Below are positions 1 through 9,499 of a DNA stretch of 20,000 nucleotides, one piece after another (within the stretch, counting starts at the first letter, position 1; each line of letters opens with the position of its first letter). Where the stretch lies: positions 4,805,599-4,825,598 of the forward strand of contig NC_057719.1 of assembly GCF_004010195.1 (NCBI RefSeq), read 5' to 3'. The stretch comes from Chiloscyllium plagiosum (Eukaryota). The notes under the pieces were generated by a model. The model saw only the letters and a list, made by a program, of their open reading frames with translations. It had not been told where the DNA came from and did not search any database. The position numbers and the translations under genes are program-made.

Positions 1-519
1 AAAGAGTTTGGTAAACCAAAAAGTTTGAGTTAGATTATTCAAACTTTTAATTTAGAACATCATATGAAGGAAGGAAAACTGGAGGCAGTCTCTTAGTTTG
101 TTGATTAGGGAAAGAAGGGATAGAAAATAGAAGTGTGATTTGGTGTTACAAGTCAAAGTGAGTGAAATGTGTGAAGTGATCCTGTCTCATTTCTGCCAGA
201 TTTTTTCTGGACCATAGACAACACACTTCTTTTACTTTTAATTCTGAGCATAATGCTTATTTTTAATGACAGCTGCTTGCATTTGTCACGTCTGAGATAT
301 GCTGTTGGTGTACATCGTGAATTTGTATCCTTGATCTGTTATTGATGAGTAGACTAGGGTTAAATGTATTCCTCGCACTTGTGTGCTCACTTTTTCTGTC
401 CCTTCCCCATCTCTCTCATCTTCCCCTTCCTCTCCCTTTCTATGCCTCTGAAATTGGCAGATTGTACTTCTATTGATTTTACACAACTGAATATCTTATG
501 CATGCTTCAGAAGGCAGTT

Positions 520-753
520 GAGATTGTTATTGTTGACCGTTAAGAGCCATGTAAGGATGGCGGATTTCTTTCCCTATTAATTAACTATTTGGGATTTTGC
601 AACAATCCAATATTTTCCTGACCAATTAATTTACTAAGAAATATATCTCCTTGCATCTTTTTTCCAATTGAATTGAAATTCTTATTGCCATTGTGAGATT
701 TGAACTCCAGTTATCTGGATTACTATTCCAGCGTTTTAACCACTACCATTCCC
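520..753 (-). mobile_element. Degenerate tRNA-derived SINE (family also at 12585-12900 and 16985-17320)
   Basis: The reverse complement begins gggaatggtagtggttaaaacgctggaatagtaatccag...ggagttcaaatctcac (A/B-box-like). The core gtaaggatggcggatttctttccct is complementary to agggaaggaagtctgac in the 17.2 kb copy. Confidence 0.55.
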
Positions 754-799
754 ACTATGGCAAAGTATTCTGATGTTTTATTTTATCTCTGAAATACAG

Positions 800-990
800 T
801 ATGCGCTCCATCTTGCGGAATAACAGGTACAGACGAGATGCCCGCACCTTGGAGGAAGAGGAGGAGATGTGGTTCAACACAGATGAGGATGAAATGGAAG
901 ATGGGGAGCCAGTGCTACTACCAACTGACAAGTCAAAAAATGATGACGAAATCATGGACCATTTTGGCAAATTTATGGAGAGGAAAAAAT
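800..990 (+). CDS. PPP4R3A: PP4 regulatory subunit 3A (SMEK1), third-from-last coding exon (upstream exons lie outside the window)
   Basis: Acceptor ...gaaatacAG|T at 798-799 and donor T|GTatgg at 991. Translation (S)[36 protein letters not shown]...KFMERKK closely matches the vertebrate SMEK1 C-terminal region as I recall it. The exon ends in phase 1. Confidence 0.95.
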
Positions 991-2575
991 GTATGGAATC
1001 TGCCAATTAAGTGTAAATTCTTCTTTTTATTACTCAACTGCAGGAATAAATGGCTCTCAGGTTGAGCAGTGCTCTCTAGCACAGAAAGTTTCCCCAGTCT
1101 CAGTTCTCTCATGATGGTGGATGCCCTATTACTTCATATGGAGACGGGAGTTCATATTTTGACAAGTGAAAAATCTGCTTGACAAACCGTCTTCAAAAAG
1201 CAGCTTCACAATGGCCTGTTGGGCAAAAGGCACCACGTGGACTGGGGAGAATGTTAGATTTGGCTTCTGCATCCTTGGGCTCAAAAGGTGGGGATAGAAA
1301 TCGATCCAGAATCCCACTCTGACGTTTATCAAATGACAGAAATGCCAAACGACAGAATTAGTCTTGGCAGTAATGCCCTATCCGAAGGATGAGGAGCTAA
1401 TTTATCCAGACTCTTGTAAGAACATTGACCTTTTGGCAATAGGGTGTTTCTAATAGCCATGGAACCACATCTCAGTAGCAGTCAACACTTGTGGTAGAGT
1501 GGCAATGTTGAAATGAATCAGCCAGGATATGTCCCAGAGACCATAGAAAGCAGATAATGCACATTGAAACAAGTATTTGAATTGGTTTTCTCTATCTCCA
1601 ACTTCATTTTCATTTAGCTCCCTCCCTCTTTCCCTTATTTTCTGTATATTAGTTATTTGCACTGCCTCAATAGTTAGTGCTTTGATAATTGTTTTTAAAT
1701 TTTGTAATACTGGTGTTTTGGTGGCGGTTTAAAAAGAAGGCTACTTTTCCCCACTGAGTGTTGGTCAGGAAGGGGAGAGAGCAGGCTGGAGTTTGTACTG
1801 AACTATGGACCACAAATAAACAGTTGTGGAAGGCAGACTGAATCCTACTTCCTGCTTTGGTAAATAGATGACTAGCAATGTAGCAGGAAAGTGCAACTGA
1901 TAACATGTAAATCACAGTACAATTTGAGATTGTGAAATTATTCATATGTCAAACTAAACATTTATGTATCTGAACCAATGTAGGCCTAGCAAAGAAATTG
2001 AATCCATATAAAATATAAAGGCTGTTAGTTTGAGAGGAATCTAATTGATTGGGGTAGAGGGAGAGCTGCAGTTTTGATCTTGCTTTAATTTAGATCTTAC
2101 TGCTTACAATTCAATAACAGTTTTACAAAAGTCATTATGACAGAATGCAGGCTCCATTGTGGACTACTGCGTAATCCTATTTCCTTTTCATTATGCATGA
2201 CCTTGAGAGAAGATTCTCTATTGTTAATATTCCATTCTATTTCCTGTTTGCATATATTGTGTGAAATTCACTTCATTCAAAGACAGTAATATTCACTACA
2301 TAATTTTAGTTTTTTTGATGAATTTTAGTGTTAGAAGAAAAATTTATTGGGACTTTAATGACAGAAAAGTTAAGTGCACTTTAATTTGAGAACTTAATCC
2401 TACAATTTGTTCATTCAATTCTTTGTATTTAGAAGTTGAATTTGTCCCTTCTGTTTTGAAGAGATGACTCTGACTTGCATTGAACATTTTATCTGTATTA
2501 ACCTTAAACTGGTGTTTATGTAAGATACTGTTTTAAATATCTTTGAAGTAAATTATAACCTTCCCCTGTTTTTAG

Positions 2576-2799
2576 TGAAGGACGGGGATGAAAAGGAGAT
2601 CCTGACGAAAAACACTCTGACCGGGAGGCAAAGTCCCAGCTTTAAGCTTTCCTTCTCCAGTGGTGGAAGTAGCAAGTCCAGCCTCACCAGCCACTCAGCC
2701 TCGAGTAATGCACCTGGGTCACCGGGTTCCCCGGGATCTCCAGGGTCACCTGGCACAATAGCCAAAAGCACACCTCATATGGCAGCTATTACCACCAAG
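2576..2799 (+). CDS. PPP4R3A: PPP4R3A penultimate coding exon
   Basis: Polypyrimidine tract plus AG at 2574-2575. The phase-1 join T|TG gives Leu ([12 protein letters not shown]). Encodes [10 protein letters not shown] and the GSP repeat, then AAITTK. Donor AAG|GTattg at 2800 (phase 0). Confidence 0.95.
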
Positions 2800-3033
2800 G
2801 TATTGTATTGGAGTTAAGTGAGTCTTCAAAAATGCTGGGGCCATTCCAGATAATTGCTGCAGCCTGACCTCTCCATCTGATTATCTCCTATCCATCATAT
2901 TGTAATCAAGTTTACTTTTCCTTCCTATTGTGTAATTGCATGAACAAAATATTGGCTGCAAAATCATTGTTCAATCTCAAGTCTTTAATTCCAGTTGTTT
3001 TGTACAAAGTCACACAAATATGGGGAAAAAAGT

Positions 3034-3145
3034 GGGTGGCACAGTGGTTAGCACTGCTGCCTCACAGCGCCAGAGACCCGGGTTCAGTTCCCGCCTTGTT
3101 GGGCCGAAGGGCCTGTTTCCACAATGTAAGTAATCTAATCTAATC
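3034..3145 (+). mobile_element. Internally deleted HE1-type SINE (tRNA head fused directly to the LINE-derived tail)
   Basis: Near-identical to both ends of the full copy at 11915-12230. Ends in a (taatc)n tail. Confidence 0.9.
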
Positions 3146-3284
3146 AAAAAATTAGTGCTGAGTTCTGTGTTCAACCACTTTAGTTGAATCTCATCTGTGC
3201 AACCTTGACAACGTGTATGTCACAATAATTGGGGATGGTTGCTGTCTTTTTTCAATTATATGCTGATATAAAATCAAACATGTA

Positions 3285-3368
3285 ACAAATTCAGCAGTCT
3301 AGCACCATCTGTGGAGAGAGAGAGAGCAGAGTCAGGGTTTCAGGTCCTATGACCATGCATCAGAACTG
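3285..3368 (-). mobile_element. Penelope-type terminal-repeat fragment
   Basis: tcagcagtctagcaccatctgtggagagag...gtttcaggtc resembles the start of the relic at 5530-5590. The minus strand reads CTGATGCA-tGGTC-atag-GACC-tGAAA. Confidence 0.5.
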
Positions 3369-3445
3369 CCAACCAAATATGTATCCATTGAATTTAAAAA
3401 TCAAACCAAAGCTTCAATGACAAGATTGACTGCTGAGTAACACTG

Positions 3446-3651
3446 TCAGGTGTGTGGTGCTGGAAAAGCACAGCAGATCAGGCAGCATCCATGGAGCAGG
3501 AAAATCGACGGGAAAGGGCTCATTCCTGATGAAGGGCTTTTGTGCGAAATATCGATTTTCCTGCTCCATTGATATTGCCTGACCTGCTGTGCTTTTTCAG
3601 CACTACACTCCTGACTCTGATCTCCAATATCTGCAGTCCGCACTTACACCA
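3446..3651. mobile_element. Non-autonomous hairpin (inverted-repeat) element of Penelope type with a 15-bp target-site duplication
   Basis: ~64-bp inverted arms (3445-3508 / 3552-3615). Perfect flanking direct repeat TGCTGAGTAACACTG at 3431-3445 and 3652-3666. Confidence 0.85.
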
Positions 3652-4025
3652 TGCTGAGTAACACTGCCAAGAGTAGTCCTACAGAGGACTTTGCAGTCAG
3701 GGTCACTGAATAATGGTCAGGAACCAGATTAGCTAACTTCCCAACTGTATTGTCAAATTAATTTAAAATTTATAATTCTTACTTTGAAGTTATAGCCTTT
3801 AATAATTGATTCATGGCATTTGTCAACCCTCCAATTCAGGCAAATACTCCTAGGTCTTTGCTAACAATGTTTTGATCGTTGGAAGGCACAGTAGCAATTG
3901 GGTCCCATTTCTTTCCTTAGTAAAATAAAAAAAACATTGTCAGAGCTTTTGCCAATCCATTATCAGTTGTTCATAGCTCAGGACAACTCTCAAATTTGTC
4001 GTTTCTGTATGTATCCTGGCTCAGT

Positions 4026-4475
4026 TAGGAACATAAAAACAGGAGTAAGCCATTCAGCCCATCAAGCCTGCTTCACCATTTAATATGATCACAGCTGATC
4101 AACTATTTCAATGCTTTTTACCCATGCTATGCCATCACTTTTTGCACCATTGGTAATCAGAAATTGAGCAGTCCTTACTTTAAGATACTCAAAGATTGAA
4201 TTCCACAGTGGAGAAATGAAGTGCAAGGATTCACAGACCTCTGAGTGAAGGAACTTCTCATCTTGGTCCTACATGGCATCCCTCCTATTTTTAAGTTGTA
4301 CCCCTTGTTCTAGACTTCCCAAACAGGGAAACACCTGACGTGCATTTACTGTTCAAATACTTTGTAAGTTTCAATGAGATAAGCTCTCAATCTTTGCGAA
4401 ATCTAGAGAATACAGTCCCAGTTTGCCCAATCCCTTGTCAGGCCACAGTTCTTTTCCAGGAATAAACCTGGAAAA
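4026..4475 (-). mobile_element. CR1 LINE 3' fragment
   Basis: caggagtaagccattcagccc is the reverse complement of the CR1 3' hairpin/tail seen on the + strand at ~14045-14070. The similarity continues into the ORF2 C-terminal region. Confidence 0.75.
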
Positions 4476-4519
4476 GGTGCCAGTTGGTAATGTACTTGGT
4501 AATTGGTCACTATCTTCCT

Positions 4520-4866
4520 ATTCCAGGACTTAGGCACACAGTCTACACTGACACCCTAGTGCAGTGCTCACTTAGCACTGCAACATCAGAAGTGTCATCT
4601 TTTGGATTAAACATTGTCACATTTGCCCTCAAGATGTAAAAATGAGCATTGGCCTTAAGTCCAATTTCTTGCCAATATTAATAACATGATCAACGTTGAG
4701 GAAAGAGGTTTCATTGGTCAGTATCACATTGCGCAAGAAGTTCCAGCAAGCACAGATGATGTGCTGTTTTTCCTATATTATAACGATGGCTGCATTTCAA
4801 AAGTATCTGATTGACTAAAATATTTTGGAATACACAGCACTTGTGAGAAGCTTTACATAAGTCTTT
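4520..4866 (+). mobile_element. Highly degenerate Deu-SINE (SacSINE1-like)
   Basis: Collinear remnants: ctgacaccctagtgcagt...agaagtgtcatcttttggat...gccaatatt...ggtcagtatcacattgc...catttcaaaagtatctgattg. Matched to the consensus from recall. Confidence 0.55.
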
Positions 4867-5029
4867 CGCCCTGTTGAGACCGAGCAGTTTTGTGACATAT
4901 GAAGTAACAAGAGCCTATAGGTTAGTATTAATGGCCCGATGTTTGGAATATCTGATATTATTAGATGGAAGAGTACTTGAAAGGGCAGGACAGTCCCTTA
5001 CTTGGATAACTTTATGATCTGTACAATTT

Positions 5030-5137
5030 CGAAGAGTGTGTTGCTAGAAAAGCATAGCCAGTCAGGCAGCATCCAAGGAGCAGGAGAATTGACATTTCAG
5101 GCATAAACCCTTCATTGAAATAGCAAGCCCTTCATCC
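5030..5137. mobile_element. Half copy of the Penelope-type hairpin element, with target-site duplication
   Basis: Aligns to the left arm of 3446-3651 (gtgtgttgctagaaaagcatagccagtcaggcagcatccaaggagcaggagaattgac). Flanked by TGATCTGTACA at 5015-5025 and 5138-5148. Confidence 0.8.
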
Positions 5138-5204
5138 TGATCTGTACAGTTGTAATTACACTAGTTGATGTTTTGTGGAATTCCTCATGGTAAATCATGG
5201 AAAA

Positions 5205-5437
5205 ACAATGAAATTCAGGATAAAGCTTTTTACCCAGAGTGGTTAGAATATGGAACTTGCTATCATAAGGATTGTCTGAGACAAATAGTATATATGCATT
5301 TAAGGGGAATCTATACATTTGCTCAAGAAAGAAGGGAATAAAATGATGGGGGTTAGAATTGTGGAGCCTGTGTGATACATAAACACCTGCATGAGCATTT
5401 TTTGGGGTTTCTTTGTGCTGTAAAATTGTACATAATG
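5205..5437 (+). mobile_element. Old CR1 3' fragment
   Basis: tttacccagagtggttagaatatggaacttgct (FTQ-VVRIWNLL-like), followed by gcatttaaggggaatcta and a degenerate tail. Confidence 0.65.
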
Positions 5438-5509
5438 AGAATGAGATTTAAGGTGCAGGGATATAGATATTGTAAAATTGATGGCCTCCTGAACAGTTGT
5501 AAAGTTGAA

Positions 5510-6020
5510 GGAAAAATAAAGTGGTAGAGAAACTCAGGTTTAGCAGCATCTTTGGAGAGTGTGTGATCAAGTTAACGTTTTGCCTGTGCTATGATTGTTT
5601 GTTGGAACTAAAGGGGCTGGAGAATGATAGTTTTAATACCATTGACGTGGGTGAGAAGCAAGTGAAACAGATGCTGAGGGGGTTAGAGCAAACAACCATG
5701 ATGCTTGAGAAGAAAAGGTGGTGAAGAATAGGTGTTACTGGGATGTATAAATAGTAGAAGATAGGTCAGTTCTGTTAAGAGCAAACCATGGGTGGGGAGG
5801 GAGTGTAATCAAAGTGGAGGACACAATTCATAATCTGAGGTTGTTGAGCTCAGTGTCAAGTCCTAAAGGCTGTAAATGGCCTAAACAAAAATGAGATGCT
5901 TACTTCCAGCTGCAGCAGAAATGTCTCTGTGAGAACAATGGTATATTGAAATGGCAAGCAACTGGAGGGTCTGAATCATTCTTATGGACACATGATTGGT
6001 CTCACCATTATAGAGCACTA
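5510..6020 (-). mobile_element. Degenerate Penelope-like element (GIY-YIG C-terminus plus terminal repeat)
   Basis: The minus strand at ~5890-5836 translates FCLGHLQPLGLDTELNNL, resembling the IFRLGTLQPxGLNIEFNNF end of Penelope GIY-YIG proteins. The terminal sequence resembles 3285-3368. Confidence 0.6.
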
Positions 6021-6153
6021 TATTGTAATGTTAACTCTGATTTCCCAACAACACTTCAGAATAATGAGCTATTTTGTTTGTGCTACAGTCAGCATTTGAA
6101 ATATGTTGACCACTGTATATTTATCTGTTGTAAATTTCTTACTACTTGTGCAG

Positions 6154-6276
6154 GGTGGTCTAATCGGCCTTGTAGATTACCCAGATGATGATGAAGAGGA
6201 AGAGGAAGAAGAGGAAGATGGTGATGAAAAAGAACAATCGGCGCCTTTGACTAAGAAATCTAGGCTTGGATCCTAA
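6154..6276 (+). CDS. PPP4R3A: PPP4R3A last coding exon, to the stop codon
   Basis: Acceptor ttgtgcAG at 6152-6153. Reads GGLIGLVDYPDDDEEEEEEEEDGDEKEQSAPLTKKSRLGS* with TAA at 6274-6276. GLVDYPDD is the conserved PP4R3 C-terminal motif. The ORF track shows this region only in a different frame. Confidence 0.95.
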   Translation, partial: GGLIGLVDYPDDDEEEEEEEEDGDEKEQSAPLTKKSRLGS

Positions 6277-7110
6277 TGGTGATCTCCTTTAGCCTTGCCC
6301 AATGGCATTTGGTGATCTGCAAATTTCACCAGGCTCAGAAAAGGGTGGCTGAACAGTTCTGTCTTACACAGATAAATGTACACGTGGAATTCTGCTGATC
6401 AAGTGCCAATCCAGCCAAGTGGGGAAACAGCAAAACTAAAGTTGAGAACAAAGGATTTGGACCTTGACACTTGAGCGTATCCAGGCTTTGACCTCACTCT
6501 ACCCCCTTTCTCAGGGAAGGAAGATATAAAGCAGCATCCAGTGAGGGTGGCGAGTTTTCTGGTGCTACAAAACGTAGCATGACTGGCTCATTTTGGTTCG
6601 GTCTGTAATGGTGTGTCAGAAGGTCACTGGGAATTTGAGAGGGCATCGTGATGTCCAACAGTAATTCTTCCCTGGAGTGCCAGCAGTTTTTCTCATTGTT
6701 CAAAGACTTGCCTTCCCATTGTATATTCAGGACATCAATGGTCATGATGAACAAAAATATTTTAAAGGAACCTCTGTGGGAGGACTGAGAGTACACAATT
6801 TTTCTCTTTTTAACCTTTGCCCTTTAAAACTGCATAATTTTTTGAGGAAAAACTCACATCCCCTCTGATTAAAAAGTGAATGGAATTTCTAGATGTGATC
6901 ATTTTTGTTTCATATCTTGCATTTTCTTCAATTTTTTTTGAGTGTACACTTAGTTGTTTAAGTATATTTGGGACCATTAAAGAAATTTTGATGTAATGTA
7001 CTTCCCTGTTTTGTATTGGAATCCTTCATTGTGTTATTTGCATGGAGTGGGTTTTTCTACTTGAATACAAATTGGTTATATAGAAATTAAAGATGGTTTG
7101 CTAAACTTTT
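6277..7110 (+). other. PPP4R3A 3'UTR (3' end approximate)
   Basis: Non-transposon sequence after the stop codon, increasingly U-rich. It ends near an ATTAAA signal and a T-rich stretch, just before the CR1 insertion at ~7129. Confidence 0.6.
7086..7091 (+). promoter_or_regulatory. Candidate polyadenylation signal ATTAAA
   Basis: Variant hexamer at the end of the U-rich UTR, followed by a T7 run about 15 nt later. Other ATTAAA hexamers occur upstream in the UTR. Confidence 0.4.
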
Positions 7111-7128
7111 TTTGAAAAGCTAGTTCCA

Positions 7129-8083
7129 AAATGATCTGGAAGAGAGCACTGTTGGTATGATCAGCAAGTTTGCAGATGACACAAAGATTGATGGAGTAGC
7201 AGGGGACTGTCAAAGAATACAGGAGAATATAGATAGACTGGAGAGTTGGGCGGAGAAGTGGCAGATGGAGTTCAATCCAGGCAAATGTGAGATGATGCAT
7301 TTTGGGAAGTCTAATTCTAGAGCGAATTATACAGTAAACTGAAGAGCCTTGGGAAAAGTTGATGAGCAGAAAGATCTGGGAGTGCTGGTCCATTGTATCC
7401 TGAAAGTTGCTACACAAGTGGATAGAGTGGTCAAGATGGCATATAGTATGTTTGCCTTCATCGGGCGGTATTGAGTATAAGAGCTGGCAGGTCATGTTAA
7501 AATTGTACGCAACATTGGTTCAGTCGCATTTAGAATACTGTATGTAGTTCTGGTCGCCACATTACCAGAAGGATGTGGACGATTTGGAGAGGGTGCAGAG
7601 AAGGTTTAAGAGGGTGTTGCCTGGTATGGAAGGTGCTAGCTATGAAGAGAGGTTGAGTAGGTTAGGATTGTTTTCATTAGAAAAAAGGTGATTGAGCGGG
7701 GTACCTGATTGAAGTCTACAAAATCATGAAGGTTATAGATAGGGTAGATAGAGATGAGCTTTTTCCCAGGGCGAAGGATTCAATAATGAAAGGTCACACT
7801 TTCAAGTTGAGAGGTGAAAAGTTTAAGAGGGATAGCCATGGCAAGTATTTTACACAGAGTGGTAGGTGCCTGGAACGCGTTGCCAGCAGAGGTGGTAGAG
7901 GCAGGTACGGTAGATTCATTAAAGATGCATCTGGACAGATGCAAGAGTAGGGGGGGAGCAGAGGGATACAGATGCTTAGGAATTGGGTGACAGGTTTAGA
8001 TAGTGGATTTGGATCGGCACCAGCTTGGAGGGCCGAAGGGCCTGTTCCTGGGCTGTAAATTTTCTTTGTTCTTCTCTTTGTTC
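7129..8083 (+). mobile_element. 5'-truncated CR1 LINE (RT C-terminal half plus 3'UTR)
   Basis: NDLEESTVGMISKFADDTKI...LESWAEKWQMEFNPGKC (FADD catalytic motif), with stops and frameshifts. Ends gggccgaagggcctgtt...ctttgttc repeat tail. Confidence 0.95.
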
Positions 8084-8650
8084 AAAAGGCCTTTGACAAG
8101 GTGTTGTTTGATGGCCTCTAAATAAAGGCCTTTGGCGATAGGGATAAAATACTAATGTGGATAGGAAATTGGCTGACTGGCTGAGGACAGTGTAGGGTTG
8201 ACTAGAAGGGATTCTGGGAATGAAGGGGTTGTCATATGAGGAGCGGTTATGGTCTCTGGGTCTGTACACAATGGAGTTAAGAAGGATGAGGAGGGATCCG
8301 ATTGAAATTTTCAGAATACTGAGAGGCCTAGATAGAGTGAGCATGGAGATGTTTTCACTCATAGGAGAGACGAGGACCCTAGGGCACAGCCTCAGAAAAT
8401 AGATGACCTTAGAACTAGGAATTTCTTCAGGCAGAGGATCGATAATGTGTGGAACTCATTTCCGTGAGTGCTTCGGAGGCCAAGTCATCAAGTGTATTTA
8501 ATACAGAGATAGGTTCTTGATTAATAGGGGGATCAAGGTTACAGGGAGTAGGCAGAATGATAGGATTGAGAAACACATCAACCATGATGAATGGCAGAGC
8601 AGTCTCAATAGACCAAATGGCTTAACTTTGCTCCAATATCTAATGGGCTT
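8084..8650 (+). mobile_element. Older, internally deleted CR1 fragment
   Basis: KAFDKV...WIGNWLT joined almost directly to MKGLSYEERL...ETRTLGHSL. The CR1 tail lies at ~8600-8650. Confidence 0.85.
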
Positions 8651-9202
8651 GCCATTTCATTTTTAATATCAGCAATATCCCAAGATGTTTTGCTCTTCTA
8701 GATATATACACAAAACTAACTTCAAACATTGTGGTGAATTTGTGACAGTTTTTCAAACTCGAGGGATGTATACAATGGAGTTCCCCCATGGTCTAGAAAA
8801 TCACCAGTTTATCACGTACTGCCTTTTCTAAGCTGATGGATAGTACTCCCCCCATGTCAAAAACAACTTGGAGGAATCAATGAGGTTGGCAAGGGTACAT
8901 ACTTTTAATGGTAGTCACTAAGAGTAGCTTGGTATCACTACTACTGGCCAAGCTTTTGAGTCCTAAATTAAGACATAGCTACTGGACTTGGTCTGTAGCA
9001 GGTGGTTAGGGAACCAACGAGACGGAAGAACACAATTCATCTTATCCTCACCAATCTGCCTGCCATAATTGACTCTGTGAATGAAAGTATAGGTCAGAGT
9101 GACCACTGCAAAGTGCTTATGGAGCATAAACCCTTTTTTTCACAGTAAAGTTATCCTCAATTGTATTCTGTGCTGCTACCACCATACTAACTGAGCCAAA
9201 TA

Positions 9203-9499
9203 TTTGTACATTCAGAACATTAATAGCTTTGATGAATGAAAAGATTTTAAAGGGACCTCTGGGAGAGCTGAGAGTACACAAATTTTTTCTTTTTTAACCT
9301 TTGCCCTTTAAGCAAATTTGTTTGGGGAAAAAGAACTCTCATCCACTCTGATTAAAAGGTGAATGGAATTTCCAGTTGTGATCATTTTTGTTTTAGATCT
9401 TGCAATTTTTTCCCCCTTAAGTGTACACTTAGTTGTTAAAGTATATTTGGAACAGTTAAGGAAATTTTGCTGTCATGTATTTCCCTCTGTTGTACTGAA
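9203..9499 (+). repeat. Diverged direct-repeat copy of 3'UTR segment 6718-7020
   Basis: Collinear alignment by eye at roughly 80% identity. Shared blocks: ctgagagtacacaa, tttttaacctttgccctttaa, ctctgattaaaa.gtgaatggaatttc, tgtgatcatttttgtttt, agtgtacacttagttgtt.aagtatatttgg. Confidence 0.95.

Noticed and set aside
390..470. Long polypyrimidine tract followed by CAG
   Set aside because: No recognisable PP4R3 coding sequence follows. Treated as low-complexity intron sequence.
991..1010. ORF 801-1010 extension CMESAN*
   Set aside because: Read-through into the intron past the GT donor at 991. The same applies to VLYWS* after 2799.
5946..6188. 80-aa ORF overlapping the last exon
   Set aside because: Wrong frame relative to the conserved GLVDYPDD exon, and mostly intronic.
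7076..8362. Long minus-strand ORFs (139 aa, 128 aa)
   Set aside because: Antisense shadows of CR1 ORF2 fragments. The same holds for 10923-11309 and 18851-19556 over other LINEs.
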